Sequence record: SRR33789315_29
Length of the DNA: 64,000 nucleotides
Strand: one strand, 5' to 3'
Every line of letters begins with the position of its first letter. Position 1 is the stretch's first letter. The notes under the pieces are model-generated. The model made no database searches, had not been told where the DNA came from, and was given only the letters and a program-made list of their open reading frames with translations. This document shows positions 9,579 to 18,202 of the stretch, in pieces. Made by a program: the position numbers and the translations under genes.

Positions 9579-10487
9579 TTGGATACCCTCAGCGATATCG
9601 AGGTATTTGTACAGGTAGTGGAAAGTGGCAGTTTCACTGCGGCAGCGGACCGTCTGGAACTGTCCAAGTCTGTTATTAGCAAATACGTTACTCGTTTGGA
9701 GGATCGGCTTGGCGCTAGGCTACTCAACCGTACAACCCGCAAGCTCAGTCTTACCGAAGTGGGACAAGCCTTTTATCACAAAACCCGCATAGCCTTGCAG
9801 GATCTCGAAGATGCACGCACGGAAGTCAGCCGTCTTCAAGCCGAGCCGCGTGGTGTTCTGCGATTAAACGCACCCATGTCTTTTGGCATTCTTCATCTTG
9901 CGCCCCGGCTTGTGGATTTCCATCAGCAATATCCGGAAGTACGCGTGGATCTGAATTTGGACGATCGTAAGCTGGATGTTATTGAGGAAGGTTTTGATCT
10001 ATCAGTGCGCATATCCGATCTGCCCGACTCATCCCTAATTGCACGCCGCTTATGTCGATGCCGTCACGCGATCGTTGCCTCCCCGAAGTATCTGAAAGAA
10101 ATGGGTAAGCCAGCGAACCCTGCCGACCTTTCAAAGCACCGCATCCTGACCTATCGCTATCAGGAATCTAGCCTGAATTGGCATTTTCTTCGAGGTGACA
10201 AGAGTACTGAGCAAGTACAAATTGATGGGCATACACGAATAAATAATAGTCTCGCGATACGTCAGGCAGTACTTTCAGGACTCGGTATTGCGCGCATGCC
10301 GACATTCTCGGTCGGCGAAGACATTAAGGAGGGGAAATTGGTCAAGTTATTCGGCAACTATGATTTGCCGGAAGTTTCAATTTTTCTGATCTACCCACAA
10401 CGGCGACATCTAAGCCCCAAAATCCGTGCCTTCGTGGAATTCATGGCCGCTCAGCTTTCGGATGTACCAACCTGGGATTCAAACTGA
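9579..10487 (+). CDS. LysR-family regulator (CrgA/DmlR-like), divergent from the DMT operon
   Basis: GSFTAAA...RLEDRLGARLLNRTTR HTH; TTG start after a GGAG RBS. Confidence 0.93.
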   Translation: MDTLSDIEVFVQVVESGSFTAAADRLELSKSVISKYVTRLEDRLGARLLNRTTRKLSLTEVGQAFYHKTRIALQDLEDARTEVSRLQAEPRGVLRLNAPMSFGILHLAPRLVDFHQQYPEVRVDLNLDDRKLDVIEEGFDLSVRISDLPDSSLIARRLCRCRHAIVASPKYLKEMGKPANPADLSKHRILTYRYQESSLNWHFLRGDKSTEQVQIDGHTRINNSLAIRQAVLSGLGIARMPTFSVGEDIKEGKLVKLFGNYDLPEVSIFLIYPQRRHLSPKIRAFVEFMAAQLSDVPTWDSN

Positions 10488-10722
10488 AATTTCTTAGAGG
10501 ATTAATTTGGGCTGGATGGGACAAGTTTTCAGATAAATGAATCCACAACCTCTGGTAGAACCCCAGCTTTCTAAACACTCTTTGGTATCCGGTAATGCTA
10601 TTTACCGGACCTTCTTCTTGGCTATACATGTATTTGGCCATGATCACCCCCTATACTGCACTTACTAAATTAGCAGTGACTTATCTTCATGCCACTTCAG
10701 GCATAACTAGGCATCTCAGCTT

Positions 10723-11079
10723 ATGAGCATACAAAGAATAAACCCCGGCAAACTCTGGTCAGACATCACCGTATATAACGGCATCGCCTATTTTGTAGAG
10801 GTGCCAGAAACTGATCTTGGTGCAGATATCCGCGGTCAGGTTCAACAGGTGCTGGACCAAGCAGAAAAATCCTTGAAGAAAATCGGGAGCGACAGATCAC
10901 AAGTGTTGTCCGTCACTATATACCTAACAGACTTCAGCAATATGGCAGGACTAAATCAGGCGTGGGAGAGCTGGTTTGAACAAGGAACAGCCCCCAGTCG
11001 AGCTTGCGTGAAAGCCGAGCTGGCGAATCCAAGTTATTTGGTAGAGGTGGCGTTTGTGGCGGCGGCTGGGGATTTCTGA
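10723..11079 (+). CDS. RidA/YjgF family protein (YoaB-like)
   Basis: TIYLTD, NQAW, PSRACV, LVEV motifs. Confidence 0.9.
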   Translation: MSIQRINPGKLWSDITVYNGIAYFVEVPETDLGADIRGQVQQVLDQAEKSLKKIGSDRSQVLSVTIYLTDFSNMAGLNQAWESWFEQGTAPSRACVKAELANPSYLVEVAFVAAAGDF

Positions 11080-11269
11080 ACAGGGCAGTGCTGAGCGTTA
11101 TACAACTTATCTTACCTTTCCATAGACTCCATGGCGCTAACATGATGCCGCGATGGCTGCTATATTGGGTCCAACTTTCAGCAGCGCCGCTATTAGCCGC
11201 ATAAGTATTTGCAATGGGAACAGTAGCGCCCAAAATCCGCATAACCGCAGTCCTATCACGAGGTTTCAT

Positions 11270-12403
11270 ATGTCATCGAATTCCACCTATCTTCAAATGA
11301 TCTCCACGCTTTCAGATGCAGGAGAGCTACGTCTTGAGTTAGTCGAAAAACCAATTCCGACGCCCGAGGAAAATCAGGTAGTGATCAAGATCGAAGCCAC
11401 ACCTATAAACCCTTCAGACCAGGGCGTCATGTTTGGAATGTCGGATATCAGTGCTGCCAAAACATCGGGCACCGGCAAGGATACGGTATTAACCGTACCG
11501 GTCTCTGAGCAGGGCTTGCGAGTAATGAAGGCAAGAGTAGGCCAGCCGCTTGCCGTCGGCAATGAAGGTGCCGGCACGGTGGTCGCAACCGGTAGCAGTG
11601 AATTGGCAAAAAGTCTGGCAGGAAAAACTGTCGCCGTGATGGGTGGCAGCATGTATAGCCAATACCGCTGTGTAGACGCGACTGCGTGTCTGCCTTTGCT
11701 GGAGGGGCACACGGCCAAAGATGGCGCATCCTGTTTCGTTAATCCGCTAACTTCTTTGTCGATGATTGAGACCATGAAGATGGAGGGCCATACGGCCCTT
11801 GTACATACCGCCGCTGCCTCAAATCTTGGCCAGATGCTGGTGCGCATCTGCAAATCCGACGACGTTGAACTGGTCAACATTGTGCGCAAAGAGGAGCAAG
11901 CCAAGCTACTACGCGACATGGGGGCAAAATATGTGGTGAACAGTAATGCGGACAGTTTCATGACAGACTTGACCGATGCGATCCATGCAACAGGTGCCAC
12001 ACTCGGCTTTGATGCCACCGGTGGCGGCATGCTGGCGTCCAATATACTTTCCTGTATGGAAGCCGCCGCGGCGAGAACGCCTGGTGCCTACAGCGTCTAC
12101 GGATCAGTCAAACATAAACAGGTCTATCTCTATGGCGGTCTGGACACCTCTCCCACAGTGCTTAACCGCGGTTATGGCATGGCGTGGGGCGTCGGTGGCT
12201 GGTTGTTGCCGAATTTTCTCGCTAAAGCCGGAATGGAAGTCGCCTCGCGTTTGCGCACTCGGGTCGCCAAAGAGTTAAAGAGCAGTTTTGCCAGCCACTA
12301 CACTAATGAACTTTCTCTGACTGAAGCGCTGCAAGCGGAGACCGTGCGCCAGTACTACGCGAAACAAACGGGTGAGAAATATTTGATCTGCCCGCAGAAG
12401 TGA
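11270..12403 (+). CDS. MDR-family NAD(P)H oxidoreductase
   Basis: ATPINPSD, GNEGAG, HTAAASNLG, FDATGGG; ATG 11270 after GAGG. Confidence 0.85.
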   Translation: MSSNSTYLQMISTLSDAGELRLELVEKPIPTPEENQVVIKIEATPINPSDQGVMFGMSDISAAKTSGTGKDTVLTVPVSEQGLRVMKARVGQPLAVGNEGAGTVVATGSSELAKSLAGKTVAVMGGSMYSQYRCVDATACLPLLEGHTAKDGASCFVNPLTSLSMIETMKMEGHTALVHTAAASNLGQMLVRICKSDDVELVNIVRKEEQAKLLRDMGAKYVVNSNADSFMTDLTDAIHATGATLGFDATGGGMLASNILSCMEAAAARTPGAYSVYGSVKHKQVYLYGGLDTSPTVLNRGYGMAWGVGGWLLPNFLAKAGMEVASRLRTRVAKELKSSFASHYTNELSLTEALQAETVRQYYAKQTGEKYLICPQK

Positions 12404-12560
12404 CTGGCATCAAAGGGGTCAAAGTAGTTGACTCTATGAGCAGGCATAGCGCAAACCAGCTCTGATAAGGATCAGTTCTGAAGGGAATTGGATCTTCGGG
12501 GGGAATGAAATCACGTAATTTTCTTAGAGTTAGAGCCAAAATGGAAACGACGTTCCGTTA

Positions 12561-12606
12561 ACTAAAAATCCGGTGGTCCCTGGTTCGAGTCCAAGTGGAC
12601 CAACCA
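12561..12606 (+). pseudogene. 3' half of a tRNA (degenerate anticodon arm, T arm, acceptor 3' strand, CCA); attR-like remnant
   Basis: AATCCGGTGGTCCCTGGTTCGAGTCCAAGTGGACCAACCA has a T-loop GGTTCGAGTCC and a terminal ACCA; no 5' half or D arm upstream. Confidence 0.8.
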
Positions 12607-12656
12607 CCTCCCTTCGATTTCACTCAACTGCTTTTCGAACAACGGGCTATGAGACA

Positions 12657-12992
12657 TTATAGTCTGGTGATCTCTATAAGCGAGTCTAGTCTTTGTTGAG
12701 ATGGCCCAGCATAAGCTGTGCTTCTATGCTGCTCAACCACGAATTGATAACTGAAAATCGCTTCCTCTAAACGACCCAAACCTTCCAATGATTGAGCTCG
12801 CAAATAGTGGAGCTTTGCAGTATCCGCTTCCGATAGATAACCGAAGGATTCTGCGATATAAGTTTTTTCCAATGCTTCGGCATAATTACTATTATTGATG
12901 TCGTGTTGAGCTTCAACAATTGCGCCACTCTTCACCATATTGCCGCAACCTATCAACAGGACCGTTGTAGACAATATCAAAATTAGTTTCAT
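12657..12992 (-). CDS. Small TPR-like lipoprotein
   Basis: Lipobox LIGC; TPR-like helix pair (HYLRAQSLEGLGRLEEAIFSY). Confidence 0.75.
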   Translation of the reverse strand: MKLILILSTTVLLIGCGNMVKSGAIVEAQHDINNSNYAEALEKTYIAESFGYLSEADTAKLHYLRAQSLEGLGRLEEAIFSYQFVVEQHRSTAYAGPSQQRLDSLIEITRL

Positions 12993-13747
12993 GATAATTT
13001 ATTCTCAGTTTGGGGGTTTATGGAATTGCGAGCCTCTAGATCTGTGCTTATGCCTTTTAAAGAAAGCTGCCGTTTTGAAAACAGCAGTCGGTAAATCCAG
13101 AAGATGGCAAGGATGACAACTAGAAACTCAGGTATCGACAATACCGAATTTCCACGCACCGACTCTGGGAATACGATGGAACCTGGACCGGTAAAGAAGC
13201 TCGAGGTTGCAAAGAACAACGCACAGGTCGTCCTCCAGACATGCCTGACAATTCTGTGCTTGCCTCGAACACCACCCACTCTAAGATTATTGACATCAAG
13301 AAGCATGGCAACAAACGCTAGACCCGCGAAGAAAAAATAAGCTTCCTTGGGAGGGATGTTTTCACCTATGCTCGGGTTGTCGTAAGCATCGAACCCCATG
13401 ACTACACCCGTGATCGAGATACACAATGCGACCACAGGGGCGACAAAGTCTAACGGAACAAGGCTGCGTTCAGAACGACGAATAGTGGACCAAGCCGATA
13501 CAACCAAATAGATAATAAAGCCCATAAAGAGCATACCTAATGGCGAAATGCTGCCTGGTGCGTACCATGCTCCTGCTGCAACAACAGGCCCCATCAGTAG
13601 CATTAAGCCCACGAACACTCGGCCAGCTAATATGTGCTGTGAGGAACCTTTGCTCAGCAAAAGTGCCAACGCTCCGCTAAGCACAATGGCGGTGCCAGTT
13701 AACGCATGCACTGCCATAACAAATGACATACTAAATATATTGTTCAT
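12989..13747 (-). CDS. DUF2306-like membrane protein
   Basis: HALTG...KGSSQHILAG and RHVWR motifs; multiple TM helices; 4-nt overlap with the downstream gene. Confidence 0.7.
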   Translation of the reverse strand: MNNIFSMSFVMAVHALTGTAIVLSGALALLLSKGSSQHILAGRVFVGLMLLMGPVVAAGAWYAPGSISPLGMLFMGFIIYLVVSAWSTIRRSERSLVPLDFVAPVVALCISITGVVMGFDAYDNPSIGENIPPKEAYFFFAGLAFVAMLLDVNNLRVGGVRGKHRIVRHVWRTTCALFFATSSFFTGPGSIVFPESVRGNSVLSIPEFLVVILAIFWIYRLLFSKRQLSLKGISTDLEARNSINPQTENKLS

Positions 13748-13788
13748 CGCCGCAGTCTCCTTCCCAGTGTCGTAGTGACGGCAAACAA

Positions 13789-14598
13789 CTATAACCGAAA
13801 TGTTAGAAGAACAGCCGCAAGGTCTTGATACTTTGAATCGACAAGTGGGCTGATGACGATAGGGTCGTCCAGCTTCGTGCGGCTTAACATTCCGATAACC
13901 GTCAAACGGTCGGTAATCGGGTATGCGGCACTAACGCCCAATTCGTAGTTAGTCGCGTTAGCGGCTCGATACGCAGTTCGACCGACAGACGTGTTGACCT
14001 GGTCGCCGGCAACACCATAGTAGTAGTTGACGTATTTCGCGTCATACCAGTCAATCGAGGCTGTCGCAGAAATGCTCAAGCCGTTGGTGAGTTGGAACAC
14101 CGGGTGTACGGCCGACAGGCTCGCAGAAGTCGCATCGGATTTGTTCGAAACATCGGTGCTCACATCCAACTCTAGCCAATGGTAGGAAGTACCTAGATTG
14201 ATCACCGCTTCGGTATCCGGCTCTCTATACCCGTCGAATACTGAATGTTGCTTAAGCTTGTTAAGCCAAATGCCATCACTGTCGTAGCCATCGGCTCGTA
14301 TGCCGAGCCCTACCGAAGTAGTCCAGGACTCATTAAGTTGTACTTGGTAGCCAATCAGATCATCCCAATTGAAGTGCCAGTTACCCTTACTGAAATCAAA
14401 ATACGGAACTAATGCGACTTGATTGTTGGCGCCTTGCCATGGGGCGGAGATGGCCAGAACGCCCGCACCGAGCTCTAAGTTCCAATCAGATGATTGATCT
14501 TCTTGAGCCAAGGCATCTAGAGCGATGCCCGACGTCGCGAAGGCGGCTCCGGATAGGAGGGCAGTGAGTAAGTTTTTGGAGCGAATTACATTGAACAT
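13789..14598 (-). CDS. MipA/OmpV family outer-membrane protein
   Basis: Signal peptide, YVNYYYGV, ISPLVD, C-terminal beta strand. Confidence 0.88.
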   Translation of the reverse strand: MFNVIRSKNLLTALLSGAAFATSGIALDALAQEDQSSDWNLELGAGVLAISAPWQGANNQVALVPYFDFSKGNWHFNWDDLIGYQVQLNESWTTSVGLGIRADGYDSDGIWLNKLKQHSVFDGYREPDTEAVINLGTSYHWLELDVSTDVSNKSDATSASLSAVHPVFQLTNGLSISATASIDWYDAKYVNYYYGVAGDQVNTSVGRTAYRAANATNYELGVSAAYPITDRLTVIGMLSRTKLDDPIVISPLVDSKYQDLAAVLLTFRL

Positions 14599-14650
14599 AA
14601 ATTATCCTCAGATTGAAGTTGGAACGACATACACTTTAGTAAAGAGCGCT

Positions 14651-14700
14651 ACTTACGCTGTAAGTTGACTTACAGCGTAAGTTACATTTACAGTGTAAGT
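14651..14700. promoter_or_regulatory. Three tandem palindromic operators ACTTAC-N3-GTAAGT (putative TetR sites)
   Basis: 14651-14665 ACTTACGCTGTAAGT, 14668-14682 ACTTACAGCGTAAGT, 14686-14700 ATTTACAGTGTAAGT, between divergent mipA-like and tetR genes. Confidence 0.8.
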
Positions 14701-14727
14701 CTGTCAAGCGTAGGACGATAAGAAATA

Positions 14728-15390
14728 ATGACCAAGACAACTCAGCGAGAACGACCAAGGAACAAGCCCCTCTCGCGTGAGCGAGTATTACGTGCCGCCG
14801 TCCGCATTGCCGACAAGGATGGCATTGAGTCACTCTCGATGCGCAAACTCGCCCAATCTCTCGGGGTCGAAGCGATGTCGCTCTACAATCATGTCGCCAA
14901 TAAGGAAGACCTGCTCGATGGCCTTCTTGAAATCGTGGTAGCGAAGATCGATCTACCGGAAATCGGCAAGGACTGGCGGATGGCCATGCGTCGGCGGGCC
15001 ATATCCGCGCACGAAGTACTCCTGCGCCATCCGTGGGCGGCTATGTTGTTTCTTTCCCGGATCAACGTTAGCCCTGCCATGCTCCGCTACGTGGATGCCA
15101 CTATTGGCTGCCTGCACGAAGCAGGGTTTTCCTACGAGATGGCAGATCATGCGTGGAATGCACTCGACAATCACACCTACGGATTTACGCTGCAGGCATT
15201 AAACTTCCCGCTGGATCCGTCAGAGTATCGTGAAGCGACGCTTAGTTTTCTGCCAATGATCCCTGAGGAAAAATACCCCTACCTGCGGGGGCTTTCTCAA
15301 CAGATTATCGACGGCACTCACAACGGGTTGCAGGACTTTACCTTTGGACTTGACCTTATCCTTGACGGTCTTGAAAGCATCCGCAGATGA
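14728..15390 (+). CDS. TetR/AcrR family regulator with TetR_C domain
   Basis: LSMRKLAQSLGVEAMSLYNHVANKEDLLD; FTFGLDLILDG. Confidence 0.93.
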   Translation: MTKTTQRERPRNKPLSRERVLRAAVRIADKDGIESLSMRKLAQSLGVEAMSLYNHVANKEDLLDGLLEIVVAKIDLPEIGKDWRMAMRRRAISAHEVLLRHPWAAMLFLSRINVSPAMLRYVDATIGCLHEAGFSYEMADHAWNALDNHTYGFTLQALNFPLDPSEYREATLSFLPMIPEEKYPYLRGLSQQIIDGTHNGLQDFTFGLDLILDGLESIRR

Positions 15391-16370
15391 AGGCCTTCGT
15401 CTATCGCCGCTACGGTGGGCCCGAGGTGCTTAAGTTGGAGGACGTTGAAAAGCCGGTATTGAAGGATAATGAAGTGTTGGTGAAGGTGCATGCGGCGTCG
15501 GTGAATCCGCTCGACTGGCATTTCATGCGCGGCCTGCCGTATCTTGTGCGAATCCTAAGAGGTGTGGGCGCGCCAAGCGACATCACTATGGGTATGGATT
15601 TCGCAGGCATCGTCGAAGCAGTTGGAAAAGACGTTAAACGATTCAAACTAGGTAATGAAGTCTTTGGCGCGAAAGGCGGCGCGCTGGCAGAGTATTTGAG
15701 CATAAGTGAAGACGAGCCTATAGCGTTCAAGCCCGCAAACATGAGCTTCGTGCAGGCTGCGTCTGTACCCGTTGCGGCAATAGCTGCGCTGCAAGCGCTG
15801 CGCGATGAGGGCAAAATCCAGGCCGGAAAAAAGGTACTAATTAATGGAGCATCGGGCGGTGTGGGCACTTTCGCTGTGCAAATGGCTAAGTCTTTTGGTA
15901 CCGAGGTGACCGGCGTCTGCAGTACACACAATGTTAAGATGGTGCGTGCAATTGGCGCTAATCACGTTATCGACTACACCAAGGTGGATTTTACTCAGGG
16001 ATCACAACGTTACGATCTAATAATCGACACGGTACGCAACCACACATTGCCTGACCTGAGGCGCGCTATGACCCCGACGGCCACCGCAGTCTTAGTAGGC
16101 GCTAGCGGCGGCCCAAACGGTGAGCAATGGCTGTGGTCAATCACTAGGCCAATCAAGGCAATGGTCTATTCAGGTTTTGTGAGCCAGAAATACCACACTC
16201 TTTTTGCAGATGAGAATAAAGAGGATTTAGCAGTTCTAGGGGATCTGATGCAAACCGGCCAACTAACGCCCGTGATCGACAGGCAGTATCCGCTGAGTGA
16301 AGTGCCAGCGGCAATCGCATATTTGGAGCAGGGTCATGCACGAGGAAAAATATTAATAACGCTTAAGTAG
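15387..16370 (+). CDS. NAD(P)-dependent MDR (quinone oxidoreductase-like) dehydrogenase
   Basis: ASVNPLDW, INGASGGVG, GHARGKI; ATGA overlap with tetR. Confidence 0.9.
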   Translation: MKAFVYRRYGGPEVLKLEDVEKPVLKDNEVLVKVHAASVNPLDWHFMRGLPYLVRILRGVGAPSDITMGMDFAGIVEAVGKDVKRFKLGNEVFGAKGGALAEYLSISEDEPIAFKPANMSFVQAASVPVAAIAALQALRDEGKIQAGKKVLINGASGGVGTFAVQMAKSFGTEVTGVCSTHNVKMVRAIGANHVIDYTKVDFTQGSQRYDLIIDTVRNHTLPDLRRAMTPTATAVLVGASGGPNGEQWLWSITRPIKAMVYSGFVSQKYHTLFADENKEDLAVLGDLMQTGQLTPVIDRQYPLSEVPAAIAYLEQGHARGKILITLK

Positions 16371-16411
16371 CGCGTATCAAAGCCTTTCATAAACTAGATA
16401 AGCTACCCCAG

Positions 16412-16427
16412 CCAGGTGGACACACCA
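16412..16427 (+). repeat. tRNA 3'-end remnant, copy 3 (CCAGGTGGACACACCA)
   Basis: 14/16 identical to 68-83; intergenic, 41 bp after the dehydrogenase stop. Confidence 0.5.
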
Positions 16428-16456
16428 TTAATTGCTGCCGCAACCAAGCTAACTAG

Positions 16457-17281
16457 TCATGGGTTACATATAGGGCATTGCTCTGGGTCTGCAAAGGCTT
16501 CTGTCTGAGGATACACTTGCTCATACTGACAAGAAGCACAAATGGCGCGACGGGACAGGATGACAGTCGTGGGGTATAAACAATCTCGGCACGGTAAGCC
16601 TAGCTCATTCTTATCGGGCCAAAACCCGACACGTTTGCATGCAGGGCAGCGATTTGAAAGACGATCCACAAGATTCTGAGTTGCCAAGGCAATGTGTTCA
16701 CGGCGAGCCGGGCAATAGTGAGCACGTAAATCGTCACTGATCGTAAGAGGAAAAGGATTTTGAGAGCGCTTCAATTGTGATAACAGCGCCAGTACCTGTT
16801 CAGCAGACTCCAAACCTTTCGCTATATGCCCATTAGTTTGAAGGATCAAACGCTGACCGCTCGGTATATTTTTCAAAAATACTTGTAATTCTTCCTCCCC
16901 CTTACACTCAGCGGCTCGTGCGCTGCTCGGCCCAACGAAGTGGCCGGTGACATGCCAGCCTTCGTCCTTGTTGAAACACGTCACCAACTCGGAGTTGATG
17001 GTCACAAAGCCCATGAAGCCAGTGCTAAAGCTCCCCTCACTCCCTAGGCCAATTGAATGGCCGCTGAGCTCACAGGCCAGAGTGGCTTTCCTGAGAGCAC
17101 TCGCCGCGGGACTGAGCGTCCTTTCTATCTCGTTTGAAAAGGTTCCAAGTAAATCAGTATTAAAGCCATATGCCAGCACCAGATTCACACCAAGTTGCTC
17201 TTTCAAGATAGGCGCCATGATCGTCTGCTTACCGTGCTGAGTAAGTAGGGCGAAAGTCCGACCATGGAACATTGTGCTCAC
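16457..17281 (-). CDS. DUF6671-like protein with four C-terminal CxxC pairs
   Basis: TQHGK, DLLGTFSNEIER, GSEGSF, DLRAHYCP, then CPAC/CRDC/CASC/CPICNP; start abuts the cysD stop. Confidence 0.75.
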   Translation of the reverse strand: MSTMFHGRTFALLTQHGKQTIMAPILKEQLGVNLVLAYGFNTDLLGTFSNEIERTLSPAASALRKATLACELSGHSIGLGSEGSFSTGFMGFVTINSELVTCFNKDEGWHVTGHFVGPSSARAAECKGEEELQVFLKNIPSGQRLILQTNGHIAKGLESAEQVLALLSQLKRSQNPFPLTISDDLRAHYCPARREHIALATQNLVDRLSNRCPACKRVGFWPDKNELGLPCRDCLYPTTVILSRRAICASCQYEQVYPQTEAFADPEQCPICNP

Positions 17282-18202
17282 CTAGAAATAACCTTCGCGT
17301 TTCTTTTTCTCCATAGATCCGGCCTGATCTTTGTCGAGCATCCGTCCTTGTCTTTCACTGGATCTATCCAAAAGAATTTCTTGCAAAATCTCAGCAACGT
17401 TACTGGCGTTACTGAGCACTGCGCCTGTTTGGGGATAACAGCCAAGAGTCCTAAAGCGGATGTTGCGCACCGCGAGAGATTCACGTTCTTTCGCATCTAG
17501 ATAGGGCAGCATGCGTTCATCGTCCAGCGCAAATATTTGCCCACTCTCACTCGCTACCCAACTTTCCCTTGGTGCAGAAAAATACAGATTTACTAGGTCG
17601 ATTTTCTCTAACAAGATGTATTGCCACACATCAACCTCTGTCCAGTTGGACAAAGGGAATACCCGCACACTTTCCCCCTTATCGATTTTTGTGTTGTAAA
17701 TGTTCCATAACTCGGGTCTTTGGTTCTTAGGCTCCCATACATAATTTCGCCCGCGCACAGAGAATACACGCTCTTTCGCTCTCGATTTCTCCTCATCTCT
17801 TCTTGCCCCGCCAAGCGCGGCATCAAAACCATAATTTTCTAGCGCCTGTTTCAACGCAATGGTTTTCATTTGATCGTTGTATTTCACTGAGCCAGATTCT
17901 ACCGGATGCACGCCCGCTTCAATTGCTTCAAAATTCGTATGGACTAACATTTTGAGACCGTGTTTCTCCGCGAGGGCGTCACGAAAACGCGCCATCTCTC
18001 CAAACTCCCACGTCGTGTCAATGTGCAAGAGTGGAAAAGGCACTGGGCCCGGATATAAGGCCTTTCGTGCGAGATGTAGCATTACAGTAGAGTCCTTGCC
18101 GATTGAATAGAACATACAAGGATTCTCAAAATTAGCGACCACTTCACGAATGATATGGATCGCTTCCGCTTCGAGTTGACGTAAGTGCGTCCAATTACTC
18201 AT
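17282..18202 (-). CDS. cysD: Sulfate adenylyltransferase subunit 2 (CysD), no adjacent cysN
   Basis: [19 protein letters not shown]-loop [48 protein letters not shown] 18202 after GGAG. Confidence 0.93.
   Translation of the reverse strand: MSNWTHLRQLEAEAIHIIREVVANFENPCMFYSIGKDSTVMLHLARKALYPGPVPFPLLHIDTTWEFGEMARFRDALAEKHGLKMLVHTNFEAIEAGVHPVESGSVKYNDQMKTIALKQALENYGFDAALGGARRDEEKSRAKERVFSVRGRNYVWEPKNQRPELWNIYNTKIDKGESVRVFPLSNWTEVDVWQYILLEKIDLVNLYFSAPRESWVASESGQIFALDDERMLPYLDAKERESLAVRNIRFRTLGCYPQTGAVLSNASNVAEILQEILLDRSSERQGRMLDKDQAGSMEKKKREGYF

Noticed and set aside
10441-10647. 68-aa minus-strand ORF
   Set aside because: It overlaps the lysR 3' end and has no recognisable motif. It could be a remnant, but I cannot support that.
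11374-12042. Long antisense ORFs (this one, also 15410-15931, 37617-38186, 62526-63068 and similar)
   Set aside because: They are shadows of well-supported genes on the opposite strand or in another frame, without protein-family motifs.
12530-12606. Functional tRNA gene
   Set aside because: Only the 3' half is recognisable. There is no 5' acceptor strand or D arm, the T stem is mismatched (CCTGG/CCAAG) and the anticodon loop is degenerate.
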